Part shown: one piece after another, positions 46,942-59,877 of the stretch
How the letters are laid out: each line of letters begins with the position of its first letter
How positions within the stretch are numbered: position 1 is the stretch's first letter
Notes under the pieces: generated by a model
Told to the model about the DNA's origin: nothing
What the model saw: only the letters and a program-made list of their open reading frames with translations
Database searches by the model: none
Translations under genes and position numbers: made by a program
Source of the DNA: Cyanidioschyzon merolae
Taxonomy: Eukaryota
NCBI GenBank assembly: GCA_000091205.1
Contig: AP006488.2
DNA: 64,000 nucleotides
Strand: one strand, 5' to 3'

Positions 46942-49900
46942 CTGCTGTGTGCCACATGGCGTCGAGAACGATGGGTATGGAAAGCAACGCATGGCAGCGT
47001 TCTTGTCAGCTGAAGATGACGTCGCGGGTCACGTTTCTCCAGTCGTAAAGGGCAACCGCTGGATCCAGCGCCTGCCTCACATTCTATGATGAAAGCAGCT
47101 GAAGCGAATGTGGCGTTTCATATGCACTCCCTGGGATCTGATTCGCTTTCTCGATGCACTCATGTTGCAGCTGGAATATGATCCCATGCTTCCAACAGAA
47201 TACCGTTCTCCTCAATGGAGCCGCTTCGCTCCAGAGGTGTGCATTCATTCAGTTCGGCCCAAAATGGTGTGTTCAGCACGACGCCTTCTTGCAGGGACCG
47301 GTGCAGCGCTCTCGTACGAGCATTTAGTTCTGGTTCGGAACACGGTACAGCCAGCTCGATGCGAAACCTGAACGAGTGCATTCAGCCTGCGTTAAAGCAA
47401 GCGCATGCGAATACATATGGACTAGTAATGCGTTAAATGGAGGAGCACTCGCTCTCTTGGACCACCGTGCTGCTTTGAAGAAACAAGACAGGTTCTGTGG
47501 CATCCTTTTCTGACGCATGCACAACGATATTGCCCACAAGTTGCAGCAACCGAAGGTGTATCGGCACCGAAATAGATGGACCCCAGAAGCGATTGGTAAC
47601 GCCCGTGCCAATCGAACCCCGGCGAGACTGAGGCTCACGCAATGGATCTTTGTAGGCATGCTTAGTGATACAGGTCAATGGAGCACCATGACTGACTGGA
47701 AAATGGCAAACAAAACCGTTCGCTTTTTGTGTATGTGGCGCCCAAAATACGCTGGACCAGGGGCCCGTACCATACCAGCGAAATACTCGGGGCGAGAATC
47801 CAATGCCCCCTGTCCTGGGCTGTGATTTGTTCTCATCGAAAGTCTCTCCACGAGCCGACGCTCTCTGAATGGTACGGCAACGCCGTTCTGTCTCCGTGCA
47901 GCGACCGCACCGGCGCTATAGGCGCCATTGCGGATGCTCTCGGCAGGCATTTGGCACACAATAGGACGTTTAAAATGACCAGTATATCCGAGAAGAAGTA
48001 TAGGTAATGTAACTTGGAGGTAGGGGGTTTGATGGATACTTCACCGCGTACTGAAAAAAAATAAGAAAAGAAAAAGCACACAATCGGCGAACGCTGGCCT
48101 AACTTAAAGTTTTGTCAAGTAAGAAAACGAAACTCTCCAGCGTTTGAGCTCAATCTCCGCAGTGCATACAACACACTGCGCACGAACAAACGACTCACGG
48201 GAAATAGCTGGACGCTCCGTATGTATGAGACACTTTCAGATATTGATCGGTGCGTTGAAGCGCGGGTGTGGAGAACGTGCTTCCGCGCATTGCGGCTGAT
48301 GGAATCACATCATCGTGATGCGCTCTCTTGCGACTGCCTCGCCATTTGACGTTCGTTCAGCTTACCGTTCACCTTTTCGTGCGCCAGTTATTGTTTCACC
48401 TTCTTCTTCTTTACATGTTTCAGCGTTCATGCCCGCTCGTGATACGCATATGTGGTCCCGAACGCATCGATGGAAATCGTGCAACATCGATTCCCGCACT
48501 TGTTCTGGGTGCTCTTGTGGAAAGAGCAATCGTGCATCCCCGGCGAGTTACTGAACATCCAGCACCATACGCTGCCGCTCAACGAAGCGAAACCTAGGCC
48601 ATTTTGGTTTCCATTTCATAGCACAGTCTGACGAATGGAAGCTTCTTGCTTCAGTACAGCAGTCAATGTTGGCGAGCCTGGCGCGTTCACATAAACCACT
48701 GCCAAGTATCGTCGGCATGGGGCACTTTCGGTTTATGTGATCCACGAACGAAGCCTGCAATGCCTCCCCATTTGCTCGAGATGGTGCATCGGGGGTCGAA
48801 GAAGGTCCTGGCGCCGTCGTTCCACATGTTGGCACGCCTCCTGGCGTCAAAGAAGCCCGCCTCCAGATAATACCGAGTTCTGGAAAAGTTGAGCAGCTTC
48901 ATTAGCTCTCCATGCAGATCTTGGGTTCCGTACTCATGGTTAAGAGGTACGCCCAGAAACATGACGACCTTGAACCCGGAATCCAAAACGTCTACCAAAA
49001 CTTTTTCTCCTATATCCTGAACTGTTGACATTGAGATTTATTGCTCGTCTTGGGCATGGGGTTCACAATCTGAAAGCAGACAGATATTTCAAGGGTCGCC
49101 ACTGTCTATTTTCACCTTTTCCCGCTTGCTCCCCCAAACCTGGAAACCCTGAAGGATCTCCATCCCGCTATCCCCACAAACTGTTTCGAATGCCTCTGAG
49201 TTGTAAGCAGAGATCACCCGTTGCTCACCTAGTTGGGTATAAAGTTCAGTACAGATTTGTCTACGATGTTGAGATCTACCCTAGTCTGACGTACACGGAG
49301 CATGTTGAGTGATAGCTCGAGGAGACGACGGGCACTCTAATGCAGGCAGGGAGTCTGCATTGCCCCGGAGGACTCTGTTCACTTGCCCAAATCGCAGTGC
49401 AGATAGGAACACTGTTTCAACCATCCTTTGAATATGACCTCATTTGGCCCGAGGCCGAGACCAACACCATGCCCTCGGACGATTTGAAGCGATCGCCACG
49501 CTCGTTGCGGCATCTCTTCCAAACTCGCTACCTCTTCGATCTCCTGCGCCAGCAGCTCGTCACCCGCCTCCACTGACACTCGGAGACTACTCTCCATGAC
49601 TCCCATTTTTCTTCGCCAGTAAGGAGATCGGAAAACGCCCACAGAGTGCGCTCCACGCAGCGCTCGAGCTAGAACCGCATTTGGGTTTTCTAGTCAGTTT
49701 GATACTGTTTGACACCTGCTTTGTGGATGTACCACTCGCAGACTGGGCACAGCAATGCGTCAACAAGTTCGAGGAAGCGCGTGCGCGAAGCTCTGATCCG
49801 ACGATCAGACCATTTTTGCATCCTCTGTCCAGAGCGTCAGCCGCTGCATGAGGGTATTATGGAAGGATTCCAGTGGAATGTGCACAGCTGGCTGCCCTGC

Positions 49901-51860
49901 GTCCGGAACACCCACAAATGTTTGTTTCATGATGTGCATCAAAGCGAGAGAAGCTCGACGAGCCTCCCTCGGGCCGGGAGTTCGACTACTCCGTATGGCG
50001 TCCTGCCTCGCGCTCTATGGAAGATTTCATCAATGAATACATTGCATGTGGGAGACGATGACACCCGTCTCGGATAGTTCTTTCTGCTCCGATTGTTTAA
50101 CTTGCTGTTCCATCTCGTCCTCTTTTGAGCTGGACTTTGCTCTTCTTAGTCTCGTAGGTTCTTCTCCTTCTCATCGTTAGCCTTGCCCTGTACGTGGTAG
50201 CGTAGCACGCATGTGGTTGCTATAATCTGTAACCATTGTTCTTGCGGACTCTGGAGTTCTGGGTAGACACTGATGCTGAAAAAAAGCCTTTTCTCTCTAT
50301 GAATCTACTAGTTTATATCCCTTTTCATAGTGTTATCCGTTGCGAGTACGCCCACCGGCATATGCGCTCGTTTCTGCTCCTTCTCCTCGCACGAGAAGCG
50401 GAGCAGCGCAGCAATCTAGATGTGGTGATCGTCGAGAACAACTTGTATATACATTGCGGTTTCACGGATGCACACGACTTTAATGCTGTTCAGTGAGCGT
50501 CGAAATGGCGCTCGACAACTGGAAAGGCACCATCGACAGGATTGATCCAGGGGCACGGGCTGGCGCGCAGAGACGCTCAGAATCAGCCTCAGCTGCGCAC
50601 ACGATGGCCTATTGAGCGTGGCAGAACTGGGCGTTGTTGAAGATCAGGACAGTTATATGTTAGGAGCATTCGCCACGAACATTTCTTCGACCAAGGATGG
50701 GGTGTTTAAGTATCCTTTATTTTTCCGATATGTAGATAGCCATACGACAGCGTCGCCGCTATGGCTAAGGTTGTCGTCATTCTCGCCTGTCACGTCTTTC
50801 CGAACAGCGGCTTGCCTCACATTGAAGGACCGCCGAGTTCTACTATCCATCCCGAGTGAAGCCATATCGAGTGAGACGAACAGCCGCTTCTGCTTTCACA
50901 AGCGTTCGCATCTCAGAGCGTCATTGAAAGCATTTTGTTCAACGCGCGCTTGCCTTCTAGATAAGCGTGCAATGTACTCGCCCACTTTGTACACCGTTCG
51001 TGTCAACGGTAACAAATCTTGGAATCCTGCGACTTCTTGAGATATTCTTCTTCGAGAGCATATGAAATGCAATGGATTGATGCGTGGATAGTCGTACTAG
51101 TAGCGTAAAACAAGTTCTTCCCTGGGTACACGTCGTTCAGGAGAGGAACTACGCCAAGCTTGGCGCTTATCCACCTGCTGACCCTGGAGCAACTGATTTG
51201 TTCGAGTAGGACCTTTTACCCATGTTCTCGGTGACGGCATCATGTTTTTCTTCGACTATTCTCTATTGTAAAAAGGCAGACTCCTTTTGTTGTGCTACTG
51301 ACAGAAGAACAAACAAAAAAGCGTGCTGCTGCATCTGCTCCAGCGTGCAGTGCTCTGAATCGAACGCTGCTTTGGCGATACCTCTGAACCTCGTCATTCT
51401 GGACACAATACATGCAACGCGGCGGCATCGACAGTGCCCGAGCGTTTCATGCACAGAACTAGACAATCCAGCACGGATTGTTGCCCTAGGCAACGTCGAG
51501 CACATATGTCCATTATAAAACCAATATGTTCAGCATCAGGAGCGTGCTCCTAGCGGCGCCTCATTTCGCCATCGATGGTGGCGGAGACGCTCGCACGGGC
51601 AATGACGTGCGCGCTCACGTCGCAAAGCCAGCGCATCGCGCTGCGTGAGCGTTCAAAACGTGAAACTACTCCGGTGTGTGAACTGACTCGTGTGCAGGGC
51701 GTGATCCCACTTCGTCCTTGTTCATCAGTTGGTTGCAGTGACATCTTTGTGTTTGTGGCGAAGAATTTGGCAGATCTGCTCGGTCTCTGAACTTGAAACC
51801 TTGTACTGCAGGAACGCACCGAAGACACCGCTTGGTGACGCATTGTGCTGGTGGTTTTTC

Positions 51861-54179
51861 ATGGAGGTACAACAACGTCTAGCATTTGTGGGATCTGTGG
51901 CAAGCAAGCAGTCGACTTGGACACCGTGCCAAACCGACGCCTTGAAAGCGTTGAACCAGTGCACGTGTGCACAGCTGCAGACGTCGCGGAGGCGTGCTGC
52001 ACGGACGCGTTCTCGTGCCGCATTACTGCGCTGTGCTGCTGACGATGGGTCGCTTGGAGAGTCCCACTCTGTCGAGTATACGAGCGCGGCACCGCTGAGC
52101 ACGCCTCTTCTGGATGCAGTGCGCTTCCCCGCGGATATGCGCCAGTTCACCGTGGGTGAAGTGAAACAGCTGGCGCACGAACTGCGCTGGGAACTCTTGC
52201 GTGCAGTGAGCAAGACTGGTGGACACCTCGGCGCCTCGCTTGGTGTCGTAGAACTGACGGTAGCGCTACACTACGTATTCAATACCCCGGAGGACGCGAT
52301 CGTCTGGGACGTCAGCCACCAAACGTATCCGCACAAGATTCTGACCGGCCGGCGTCATCGTATGCACACTCTGCGCAAAAGCGGAGGTATAAGCGGTTTC
52401 ACTAGAAGAGTCGAAAGCGAATACGATGTTTTTGGCGCTGGCCATTCGTCGACTTCTATCTCGGCGGCTTTGGGTCTAGCGATAGGACGCGATCTCGCAG
52501 GAAAGAAACAACATGTGATTGCCGTTATCGGAGACGGCGCGCTTACCGGAGGCATGGCCTACGAAGCAATGAACAACGCTGGGTACTTGAACTCGCGGAT
52601 CATTGTCATTCTGAATGACAACGGCCAGGTGAGCCTTCCGACGGGCACCAAGTCCGCTGCAGGCACCGGACCAGCTGGGGCGCTCAGTGGCTATATGTCG
52701 CGCTTGTTAACGAGCAAGGAGTTCCAGGACGTTCGCGCTATTGCAAAAGAGTTTTCTCGTCTGTTTCCGGATCCGCTGCAGCGCACTGCAGCCCAGCTTG
52801 ACGAGTATGCGCGAGCCTGGGTTGCACAGGGAGCTGGCGGCAACCGCGCGACGCTCTTTGAAGAACTGGGCTTTTACTACGTCGGGCCTGTCGACGGCCA
52901 CGACGTTGAGGTTCTCGTCAATGTCCTGAAGAATATTCGAGATGCACCCGGGAACAAACCGATTTTTCTTCACGTGAAGACGGAGAAGGGGCGAGGCTAC
53001 CCTCCCGCCGAATCCGCTCTAGACAAGTATCACGGTGTATCCAAATTCGACCTAGCCACTGGAAAGCAGATGGTTCCGATGCATTCACCTCCGAGCTACA
53101 CATCCGTTTTCGCCAAAGCGCTTATCGCAGAGGCCGATGAAGATCGCCGCATTGTTGGCATCACCGCAGCAATGCCGGGCGGTACCGGCATGGGCGCCTT
53201 TGGAGAGGCTCACCCTACGCGTTGTTTCGATGTAGGTATCGCTGAACAACATGCGGTAACTTTTGCCGCAGGCCTGAGTATCCAGGGTTTCAAACCGTTT
53301 TGCTGCATTTACTCGACCTTCTTGCAGCGTGGCTATGATCAGGTTATTCACGATGTTGCATTGCAAAAGCTACCAGTGCGATTCATTCTGGACAGGGCGG
53401 GCCTTGTTGGGAATGATGGGCCCACACATCATGGAACCTTTGACCTGGCATATTTGGGTTGCATTCCAAACATGATGATTATGGCCCCCAGTGATGAAAT
53501 CGAGTTGGTGCATATGGTGGCGACGGCGCGGGCCTACGATGAGGGCCCCTGTGCATTACGGTATCCACGTGGTACCGCTGTTGGCCTCGATGTTCTCCGT
53601 GAACACTTCGGGTACGATCTGGAGGCCATTCCAGTGCGGGGTAAGGTGCTTCCGATCGGCAAAGGCCGAATCATCCGCGAAAAGAAGTCCGCCAGTACCG
53701 CCGATGGCGCCGAAATCCCACGAGGCGTCGCAATCCTTTCACTCGGGACGCGTCTGCTCGAAGCGGTACACGCTGCAGGGCAGCTGGAGGCTCTGGATGT
53801 TGCATGTACAGTTGCAGATGCTCGATTTATGAAACCGCTTGATACGGATCTGATCCGTCGCCTCATTCGGAATCACGAAGTGCTGATCACCATTGAGGAG
53901 GGCAGCATCGGAGGATTCGGCGATCACGTGCTCCACTACGCTGCTCTGAACGGACTTTTGGACGAAGGCAAATGCAAAGTGCGACCCATGGTCATTCCCG
54001 ACGTCTTCATCGAAACAGGAACACAAGCTGAACAATATGAGGAAGCCGGACTGACAGCCGCACACATCGTGCGTACGGCTCTGCAACTGGTTGGAAAAGG
54101 CAATCTGCGCTTTGGTGGAAACGGAGTGGCGAATCCATCAGCGGGCACCGCGGCTGCCTCCCGCAACGCGCGGACTTGA
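51861..54179 (+). CDS. DXS: 1-deoxy-D-xylulose-5-phosphate synthase (plastid MEP pathway) with transit-peptide-like N-terminus
   Basis: [49 protein letters not shown]-binding [18 protein letters not shown]...[11 protein letters not shown], transketolase-like pyrimidine-binding and C-terminal domains. The track start at 51729 is TTG, and the first ATG is at 51861. N-terminus is Ser/Arg/Ala-rich ([19 protein letters not shown]). Confidence 0.9.
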   Translation: MEVQQRLAFVGSVASKQSTWTPCQTDALKALNQCTCAQLQTSRRRAARTRSRAALLRCAADDGSLGESHSVEYTSAAPLSTPLLDAVRFPADMRQFTVGEVKQLAHELRWELLRAVSKTGGHLGASLGVVELTVALHYVFNTPEDAIVWDVSHQTYPHKILTGRRHRMHTLRKSGGISGFTRRVESEYDVFGAGHSSTSISAALGLAIGRDLAGKKQHVIAVIGDGALTGGMAYEAMNNAGYLNSRIIVILNDNGQVSLPTGTKSAAGTGPAGALSGYMSRLLTSKEFQDVRAIAKEFSRLFPDPLQRTAAQLDEYARAWVAQGAGGNRATLFEELGFYYVGPVDGHDVEVLVNVLKNIRDAPGNKPIFLHVKTEKGRGYPPAESALDKYHGVSKFDLATGKQMVPMHSPPSYTSVFAKALIAEADEDRRIVGITAAMPGGTGMGAFGEAHPTRCFDVGIAEQHAVTFAAGLSIQGFKPFCCIYSTFLQRGYDQVIHDVALQKLPVRFILDRAGLVGNDGPTHHGTFDLAYLGCIPNMMIMAPSDEIELVHMVATARAYDEGPCALRYPRGTAVGLDVLREHFGYDLEAIPVRGKVLPIGKGRIIREKKSASTADGAEIPRGVAILSLGTRLLEAVHAAGQLEALDVACTVADARFMKPLDTDLIRRLIRNHEVLITIEEGSIGGFGDHVLHYAALNGLLDEGKCKVRPMVIPDVFIETGTQAEQYEEAGLTAAHIVRTALQLVGKGNLRFGGNGVANPSAGTAAASRNART

Positions 54180-55329
54180 GATGCCACTGCTCTTGAGCAG
54201 CGTCTGCGAGGCGTCCGGGCTTGAGGCTTCGCAGCGAGCGAACTGGCATGGATATGGTGCCTGATCAAGTCCGGTACCACGGGCATTTATCTTTGACACA
54301 AAGATCGTAAAATCATGACCTGAATCCGATCTATGGTGACAAACGCCGTGTGTTGCATGTTCCAGCAGCGAGTGGCCGGACAGTGCTGCCAGCACACCAC
54401 CGTGGACGACGGGTACAGACGGTGCTGGTATTGCGTTCCCGCGAATAGAAGCCGCCCCGACGACGTTCGTCGAAGCGCGACACCCGCGTCACCAATAGAT
54501 GCGATGGCATTCAGCAGGTCGTCCTTAACATGGGTATCGTGCGTAGGCGCAATGTCTGGAGGAATACTCCGTGTTGTTGTTGGCTGTTACGCAGCGCGCG
54601 TCTAAAACAGGTACAGCGTTGGATAAAGCTGGATGCGAGAACGTGCAGCTAGCGCCGAGGCTTCAAGATAGACAGGACATGCGGCATGGCTTCGTGCACC
54701 AGGTACGCGCACCCGGTGGCGAATGAGCAGAAACTGCGATCGGACGCATGGGGCAAAGCTACCGGCTTTGATGCGCCTCACGAGTGCCACAGTCATGTTT
54801 TTAGAGAAAGTGAGACACAATCGGCGCTCACTCTGGTGCCGCATAACGAGTATGCAACGGGTACAGCGTCAAGCACCTTGGGCGCGCGAACTCGAACTCA
54901 GATTTCTTTTCTACATACGGCTTGGTGTGAACGGGCGCAGAGCGCCAGCTCGGTCTCTGCGCTTTTCCACTTTTGTATCGTAGAACCTGGCGTCCTCGGT
55001 GTGCATGGAATGACGCTGGCACATCGGCTACGCAAAATGCCAAGCGCTTTTGGCAACGCGACCTGCGCGAAATGGACGGCGATCGGACGCTTACAACTAC
55101 TTTTGTAGTCGCGCAGCAGACCAGTGGACAGCAGGGACACCAGCTAAGGACAGCGGAAAACGTTTGGACGCTACGCTGCGGCGCGCAGTGCGCCTCGTTT
55201 CCATACGTTCCGAGTACAGCGCTCTCCGTAAAGCCAGTCAGCGAGACAATTCGACGGCGCGTCCGATAGGAAGCTGCACAAACAACCGTACACACCGACC
55301 CGAGAGGAAACGCACACAACGTCTACAGC

Positions 55330-55500
55330 GGATTCATGGATAAATAAATCCACAGTCTATGTATCCATTGACACGCCCATATATTTCAATGATCTATATA
55401 AAATATATCCACAGTCTATGCATCCATTGAACAAATCCATACAGAACATTGCTCTATTCGAAATAAATCCTCAGTCTATGGATTCGTCAACGTCTCCATG
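55330..55500. promoter_or_regulatory. AT-rich island with three ~60-bp tandem repeats (aaataaatccacagtctatgtatccattga) and short catgga/tccatg palindromes, 0.2-0.4 kb upstream of the CHO2-like ATG
   Basis: Read directly. Units at ~55343, ~55401 and ~55462. Contains tatataaaatata. Strongly AT-biased relative to the window. Confidence 0.45.
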
Positions 55501-55544
55501 CATCGCATCGATTCATGGGAGCCAGTGAAACTGGACGTGCGCGC

Positions 55545-55660
55545 CCGCCGCCGCCAGTCGTGAGCGCGCACGCATACCGATGCGCGCGCACGCACGTCGA
55601 TGCGTGTCGCGTGTGACGCACGCATACACGCCTGCACGCATACACGCCTGCACCACTTTC
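55545..55660. repeat. Alternating purine-pyrimidine (CG/CA-rich) low-complexity tract, potentially Z-DNA-forming
   Basis: gcgcgcacgcataccgatgcgcgcgcacgcacgtcgatgcgtgtcgcgtgtgacgcacgcatacacgcctgcacgcatacacgcctgcac. Confidence 0.6.
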
Positions 55661-55718
55661 TTCCAAGTGCTCGTGCCGTGTCGGCCGGCTCGTGGTCATC
55701 ATCTTGCACATCTTCTGT

Positions 55719-57968
55719 ATGGAGTTACCGAGCGTCCAAGAAAATGCGGTAGCGACGCTGGGCGGACGGCGGAACTCCAAGTCGCGAAAGAGCCGTAGGG
55801 TGCCGAGTCGAGCACCGTCGACATCCTCGCTGTCAGATGAGGCGAGCTCGCTACGATCCACAGAGCGTAGACGAGGGCGGACTAGCCTTGGATCGCCGTC
55901 ACTATCAACGTTAGATCATGATGAGCAGGGTCCTGTGCGAGCGGGAATCGATGTTACGCTCAAACAAAGTGCGACGACGAACTCGGGCGATAGAGTTCAT
56001 TTTGGTGTACCGCCAGCGTCGCCGATGACGGAGCGAGCCGCATCCCAGGTACAGGGCGCCTCCAATGCGCATGGAGAAGAACTACGTCCTACACAACGCT
56101 ATGGGACCGGTCTTATATCAGGAGAGCGGTTTCGAGTCCCGGTAACACGAACCATGGCGGCTCTCGTTTTCGATGTTAGAAACTGGGGTCCTCTGGAGTT
56201 CGTGGTGCACGCCTTGTTCCTGGTCCAGCTCTTTGCGACATTCTGGGTGTTTCCACGACTGGACCCACTGTGCACCGATGCGTTGAGCGGCTCCTGCGCG
56301 GCTGGTGTCATTTCCTCTGTGATGCTCTTTCTCAGTTGGCGACTGGCGTACAACGTAGGGCTTGGCTGGCTCTTGCGTCGGCAGTCCCGTCACGCCGCTA
56401 TTACCCATTGGTGGGCAGGTCTGTCCCCGAAATGGAAGCGAATTATTCGCAGATGCTTTCGCAGTTCGCTCTTGCCGGATGAACGGGTAGCGTCGCGAGC
56501 TCGCTACGGACCATCGCCACCTTGGCCAGTTGATTTCGAAGCCTGGGCCGCTTTCCGATGTCTTGCGACCATCGTCTTGGCAAATGACGGCTGGTCGTAC
56601 CTGTTGCTCTGCTGCAGAGTGTTCCACTTTCCATGGATAGAGCGCTGGTATGCGAGGCCGGATGTCTGGCTCTGCTACCTCTTGGGCGTTGCGCTGATCG
56701 CATTTTCGCTCTGGGCAAAAGCGAGTGCGCATCGCGTGGTGGGTGACTTTGCCTGGTATTGGGGCGACTTTTTTTTCATCATGGAAGGTGAGCTCACTTT
56801 CGATGGCGTGTTTGAGCTTTTCCCCCATCCAATGTACACTGTCGGATATACTGCATACTACGGCTTTAGTTTGATATGCCGCTCGTACACTTTGCTGATT
56901 GCGTCGCTCATCGCACACATGTCTCAGCTGCTCTTTCTCATGAGCGTGGAGGAGCCCCATATCGAAAAAACATACGGCCCGAGCGAGAGGGCGCAGAGCC
57001 CCTCCTGTGCTGCAGAAAGCGTCTCTCCTGAGCGCATCTGCACCGTGTCATGCTGTTCCCGAAACAAAATCGAAAAGGAAGCTGTGGTCCTGGCGAATCT
57101 GGACCCGTTTCGAAATTCGGATCTGTCTCTGCTCATTATGGCGTGTATGACAATCTTTACGCCGGCCCTATCGGGATGGACGCTTACATCTCGATACTAT
57201 GCAATGCAGGTCGTTGGCTGGATGGTCTTCCATTGGTGTGGTCTCGGCACTGTACTCTATCTCCAGAGTACTCGGCGCTGGTGGACACGGCATTTCGAAC
57301 AGCGAGGCCACTGTGCGGCTGAAGCCTTTCGCCAATGGCAGCGGACGTTCAACATGAGCCTTGTGATGAACCACCTGGTATTTGTGATGCTCGCGCTTCA
57401 CGACGCCCAACCGATCCGAATTCCTTCCGTTTGGTCGCTGGTTTCCGGTCGCACTGCGGCGCTCGTCGGCGGGTCTGCTCTTATCATCGTGGGAGCGTCG
57501 TCTTCTATTTCCGCATATCGGATTCTCGGAGATTACGGCTGGTTCTACGGAGACTTTTTTCTCGAACCGTGTGCGTTGTCGAACCATCAGGGGCCTTGGA
57601 AACGACCCGCATCGGTTGAAGCTTCTCTGCGCCCGTCATACGCGGGTATTTATCGGTATTTGAACAACCCTGATTGTGTGCTGGGCTACCTCTGGATGTA
57701 CGGGCTGAGTCTAGCCACTGAAAGCTGGCGGGCGTTCTGGTTCGCGGTTTGTTCCCAAGCGCTTCATGTCTTGTTCTTGGTGCTGGTAGAGGTCCCGCAT
57801 ATGCACCGCACGTATGGGCCGCACTGTCGACGTGCAGCAGCGCTGGAACTGCTCTTACGTCGCCAAGTGCAACGCATTCGTGACCAGCCGCTGCTTCGGG
57901 AGGTAACTTGCAAAGTTGAAGCGCGCGTTGATGAGCTGCGCGGCCGGCTCCTGCACAAGTATCGATAG
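55719..57968 (+). CDS. CHO2: Phosphatidylethanolamine N-methyltransferase, Cho2-type with two PEMT-like domains
   Basis: HRVVGDFAWYWGDFFFIMEGELTFDGVFELFPHPMYTVGYTAYYG...EEPHIEKTYG, and a second copy FGWFYGDFFL...RYLNNPDCVLGY...VEVPHMHRTYG, both close to yeast Cho2. The track start is GTG, and the first ATG (MELPSV) is at 55719. Confidence 0.8.
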   Translation: MELPSVQENAVATLGGRRNSKSRKSRRVPSRAPSTSSLSDEASSLRSTERRRGRTSLGSPSLSTLDHDEQGPVRAGIDVTLKQSATTNSGDRVHFGVPPASPMTERAASQVQGASNAHGEELRPTQRYGTGLISGERFRVPVTRTMAALVFDVRNWGPLEFVVHALFLVQLFATFWVFPRLDPLCTDALSGSCAAGVISSVMLFLSWRLAYNVGLGWLLRRQSRHAAITHWWAGLSPKWKRIIRRCFRSSLLPDERVASRARYGPSPPWPVDFEAWAAFRCLATIVLANDGWSYLLLCCRVFHFPWIERWYARPDVWLCYLLGVALIAFSLWAKASAHRVVGDFAWYWGDFFFIMEGELTFDGVFELFPHPMYTVGYTAYYGFSLICRSYTLLIASLIAHMSQLLFLMSVEEPHIEKTYGPSERAQSPSCAAESVSPERICTVSCCSRNKIEKEAVVLANLDPFRNSDLSLLIMACMTIFTPALSGWTLTSRYYAMQVVGWMVFHWCGLGTVLYLQSTRRWWTRHFEQRGHCAAEAFRQWQRTFNMSLVMNHLVFVMLALHDAQPIRIPSVWSLVSGRTAALVGGSALIIVGASSSISAYRILGDYGWFYGDFFLEPCALSNHQGPWKRPASVEASLRPSYAGIYRYLNNPDCVLGYLWMYGLSLATESWRAFWFAVCSQALHVLFLVLVEVPHMHRTYGPHCRRAAALELLLRRQVQRIRDQPLLREVTCKVEARVDELRGRLLHKYR

Positions 57969-59041
57969 AAGGATTGAAATCCGGTTCGAAGCTTCCAACA
58001 GGACCTGCAGGAAGCGACGATTGCTGGAAAGAAAGCACTTTTTGGCACAAGGCACCTCCGCATGTATGCTTCCTTGCGTTGGTATCTGACTCCCAGTCCA
58101 AACCATGTTGTACACGACAATCATCGCTCCGCATTGACGGAGCTTGAAGTTAGGCGGAAAACGTGTTCAATATATGAAACAAATGCTCGAAAACGGCCTG
58201 ATTCGGGACAGACTATGTTCCGAAACGCTCCGAAAATGCATTGATGATGACCTGATATTCGCCGCTGTGGACCAGTACAAGAGAGCGCCATCGCTATGCT
58301 CCGGGGTCGCGTGTCTGCGCAAGGCATCTCATCGGGGACCTCCACGGTGACACTCGTTCGATCGATGCTTCGGGTGCAGCAATCGGATCACTTGGTGATC
58401 ATTCGTGGTATCAGAAGCGATGTTGTGGAGACGCTTTCGAGCTTCGCGTCCACAGCGACTCAAGTCCGGACCAGTGAACGTGGAACGATAACGCGTTCGG
58501 CACGCGTCCACGGAAACGCGGCCCCCGAGGACATTGGTCTCTGGCGAACGCTGCACGGGTCTGTTCGAGCACACCGTTCTGATGCCGCTGACGCCGATGA
58601 ACCGCCCGTTGCGGAAAGACGCAAGGCCCCCGGCAGCGATCTAATCGGTACGGATGCATCTGTGTCCAGCGCTAAGGTGTTGTCTGAGAGGCTTTGCCAC
58701 GAACTGTACACGATTCGCTGTTACTGAACAGTGCGCGCCTTGGCTCGCCACGTCTATGCTGCCCGTTCCGCTGGAAACCCAGTTGCGTCAAAAAGCTTTC
58801 AATGTGGGGATGTCCAAGGAAACGCTCGGTATCGCGGCTGCCTAGGACGAACATCTGGAAAGACTTTCGAACCAGGGCTGATGTATCTGAGTTTGCGCAA
58901 GTTAGAATCTAATTGCTACGTTTCGTTTCGCATAGACAAGACTCCGTTCTCGGACGTGGACTCGGCGATTTCAAACGTCAGCTACCAAGTAAATATCCTG
59001 ATTAGGATAGCGCTTTTTCCGCTGTGCCATACACCCGAGTC

Positions 59042-59877
59042 AGCATAGAACGGAAAAGGTTTTCCGATTCGTACGCACCTACCAAAGTTTAGGTTGTATC
59101 CGCGCTCATCAACACCAGAATTTGCGGGCTTTTTCTGCGACAGCTTCCTTTGCCGCTCGCTTATCTCCAGTTTAAAGCAAGGTAGTCTTATCTGTCGCCT
59201 AAGGCTCCAGTGTCAGCAGTCGGAGGATATACCGATGCCGCCAATAACGCCTAGCTTTCGTTGCTTCCCGCAGTTGTGAACGCGTTGCATGTGTAGACGG
59301 TAGCTGCGATCTAGACACTTTGCTCGCCGCTATCCTATTCGCCTTTCGGGGAAACCTCGGTGCGCTCCGCAAAGCGATTACACGTGCCTGTGGTCGGTGT
59401 TGCTCACGAGTCCACAGCATGTTCTCCATCGAGCGCCGTACCATGGTGCATCGACGCTTGCTTCATTACTCGGTCCGTGCGCTTGACTGGTGAAGAAGGC
59501 TCTCTGCGGTGCTTGCCTCCTCGACAGCGTCCAGCGCGGTACCCGGACGGTCGTGGACTTGTTCTTGGCGATACCTCCCGCGCGTACGCGTTCCAGTGCA
59601 TGGAAAAGGGCACGCGTTTCCGTCCAATGGATAGCCTGTTGCACGCAATATGAACCCTGCTGAAACCATTACCCAAAGACAAGTCCAGGTAATAGAACGA
59701 ATCGGGGGAAATTGTCGCGTGTACGCTCCTGTAGTGCGAAGCGGTTGCGTATTGCCCGCTGTAAACGAATCGCTGTGGTGACGGAGGCTCAAGACCCTTT
59801 ACCACACAAATCATTGAACGTGGAGTCTCTGGGAGCATATTCCATGAGTGGTAGCATGCTGCTGACGAATGCAGTTT
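59042..59877 (+). repeat. Young dispersed repeat, copy 3, ~1.1 kb downstream of the CHO2-like stop. It continues as a more diverged tail to ~60300.
   Basis: Near-identical to copies 1 and 2 up to ~59877, then diverges. The downstream sequence carries the older family motifs (ttcgaa.gga.tcgat.atttga, gagttgccttgaaat...gatcgaaaacttga). Confidence 0.85.
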
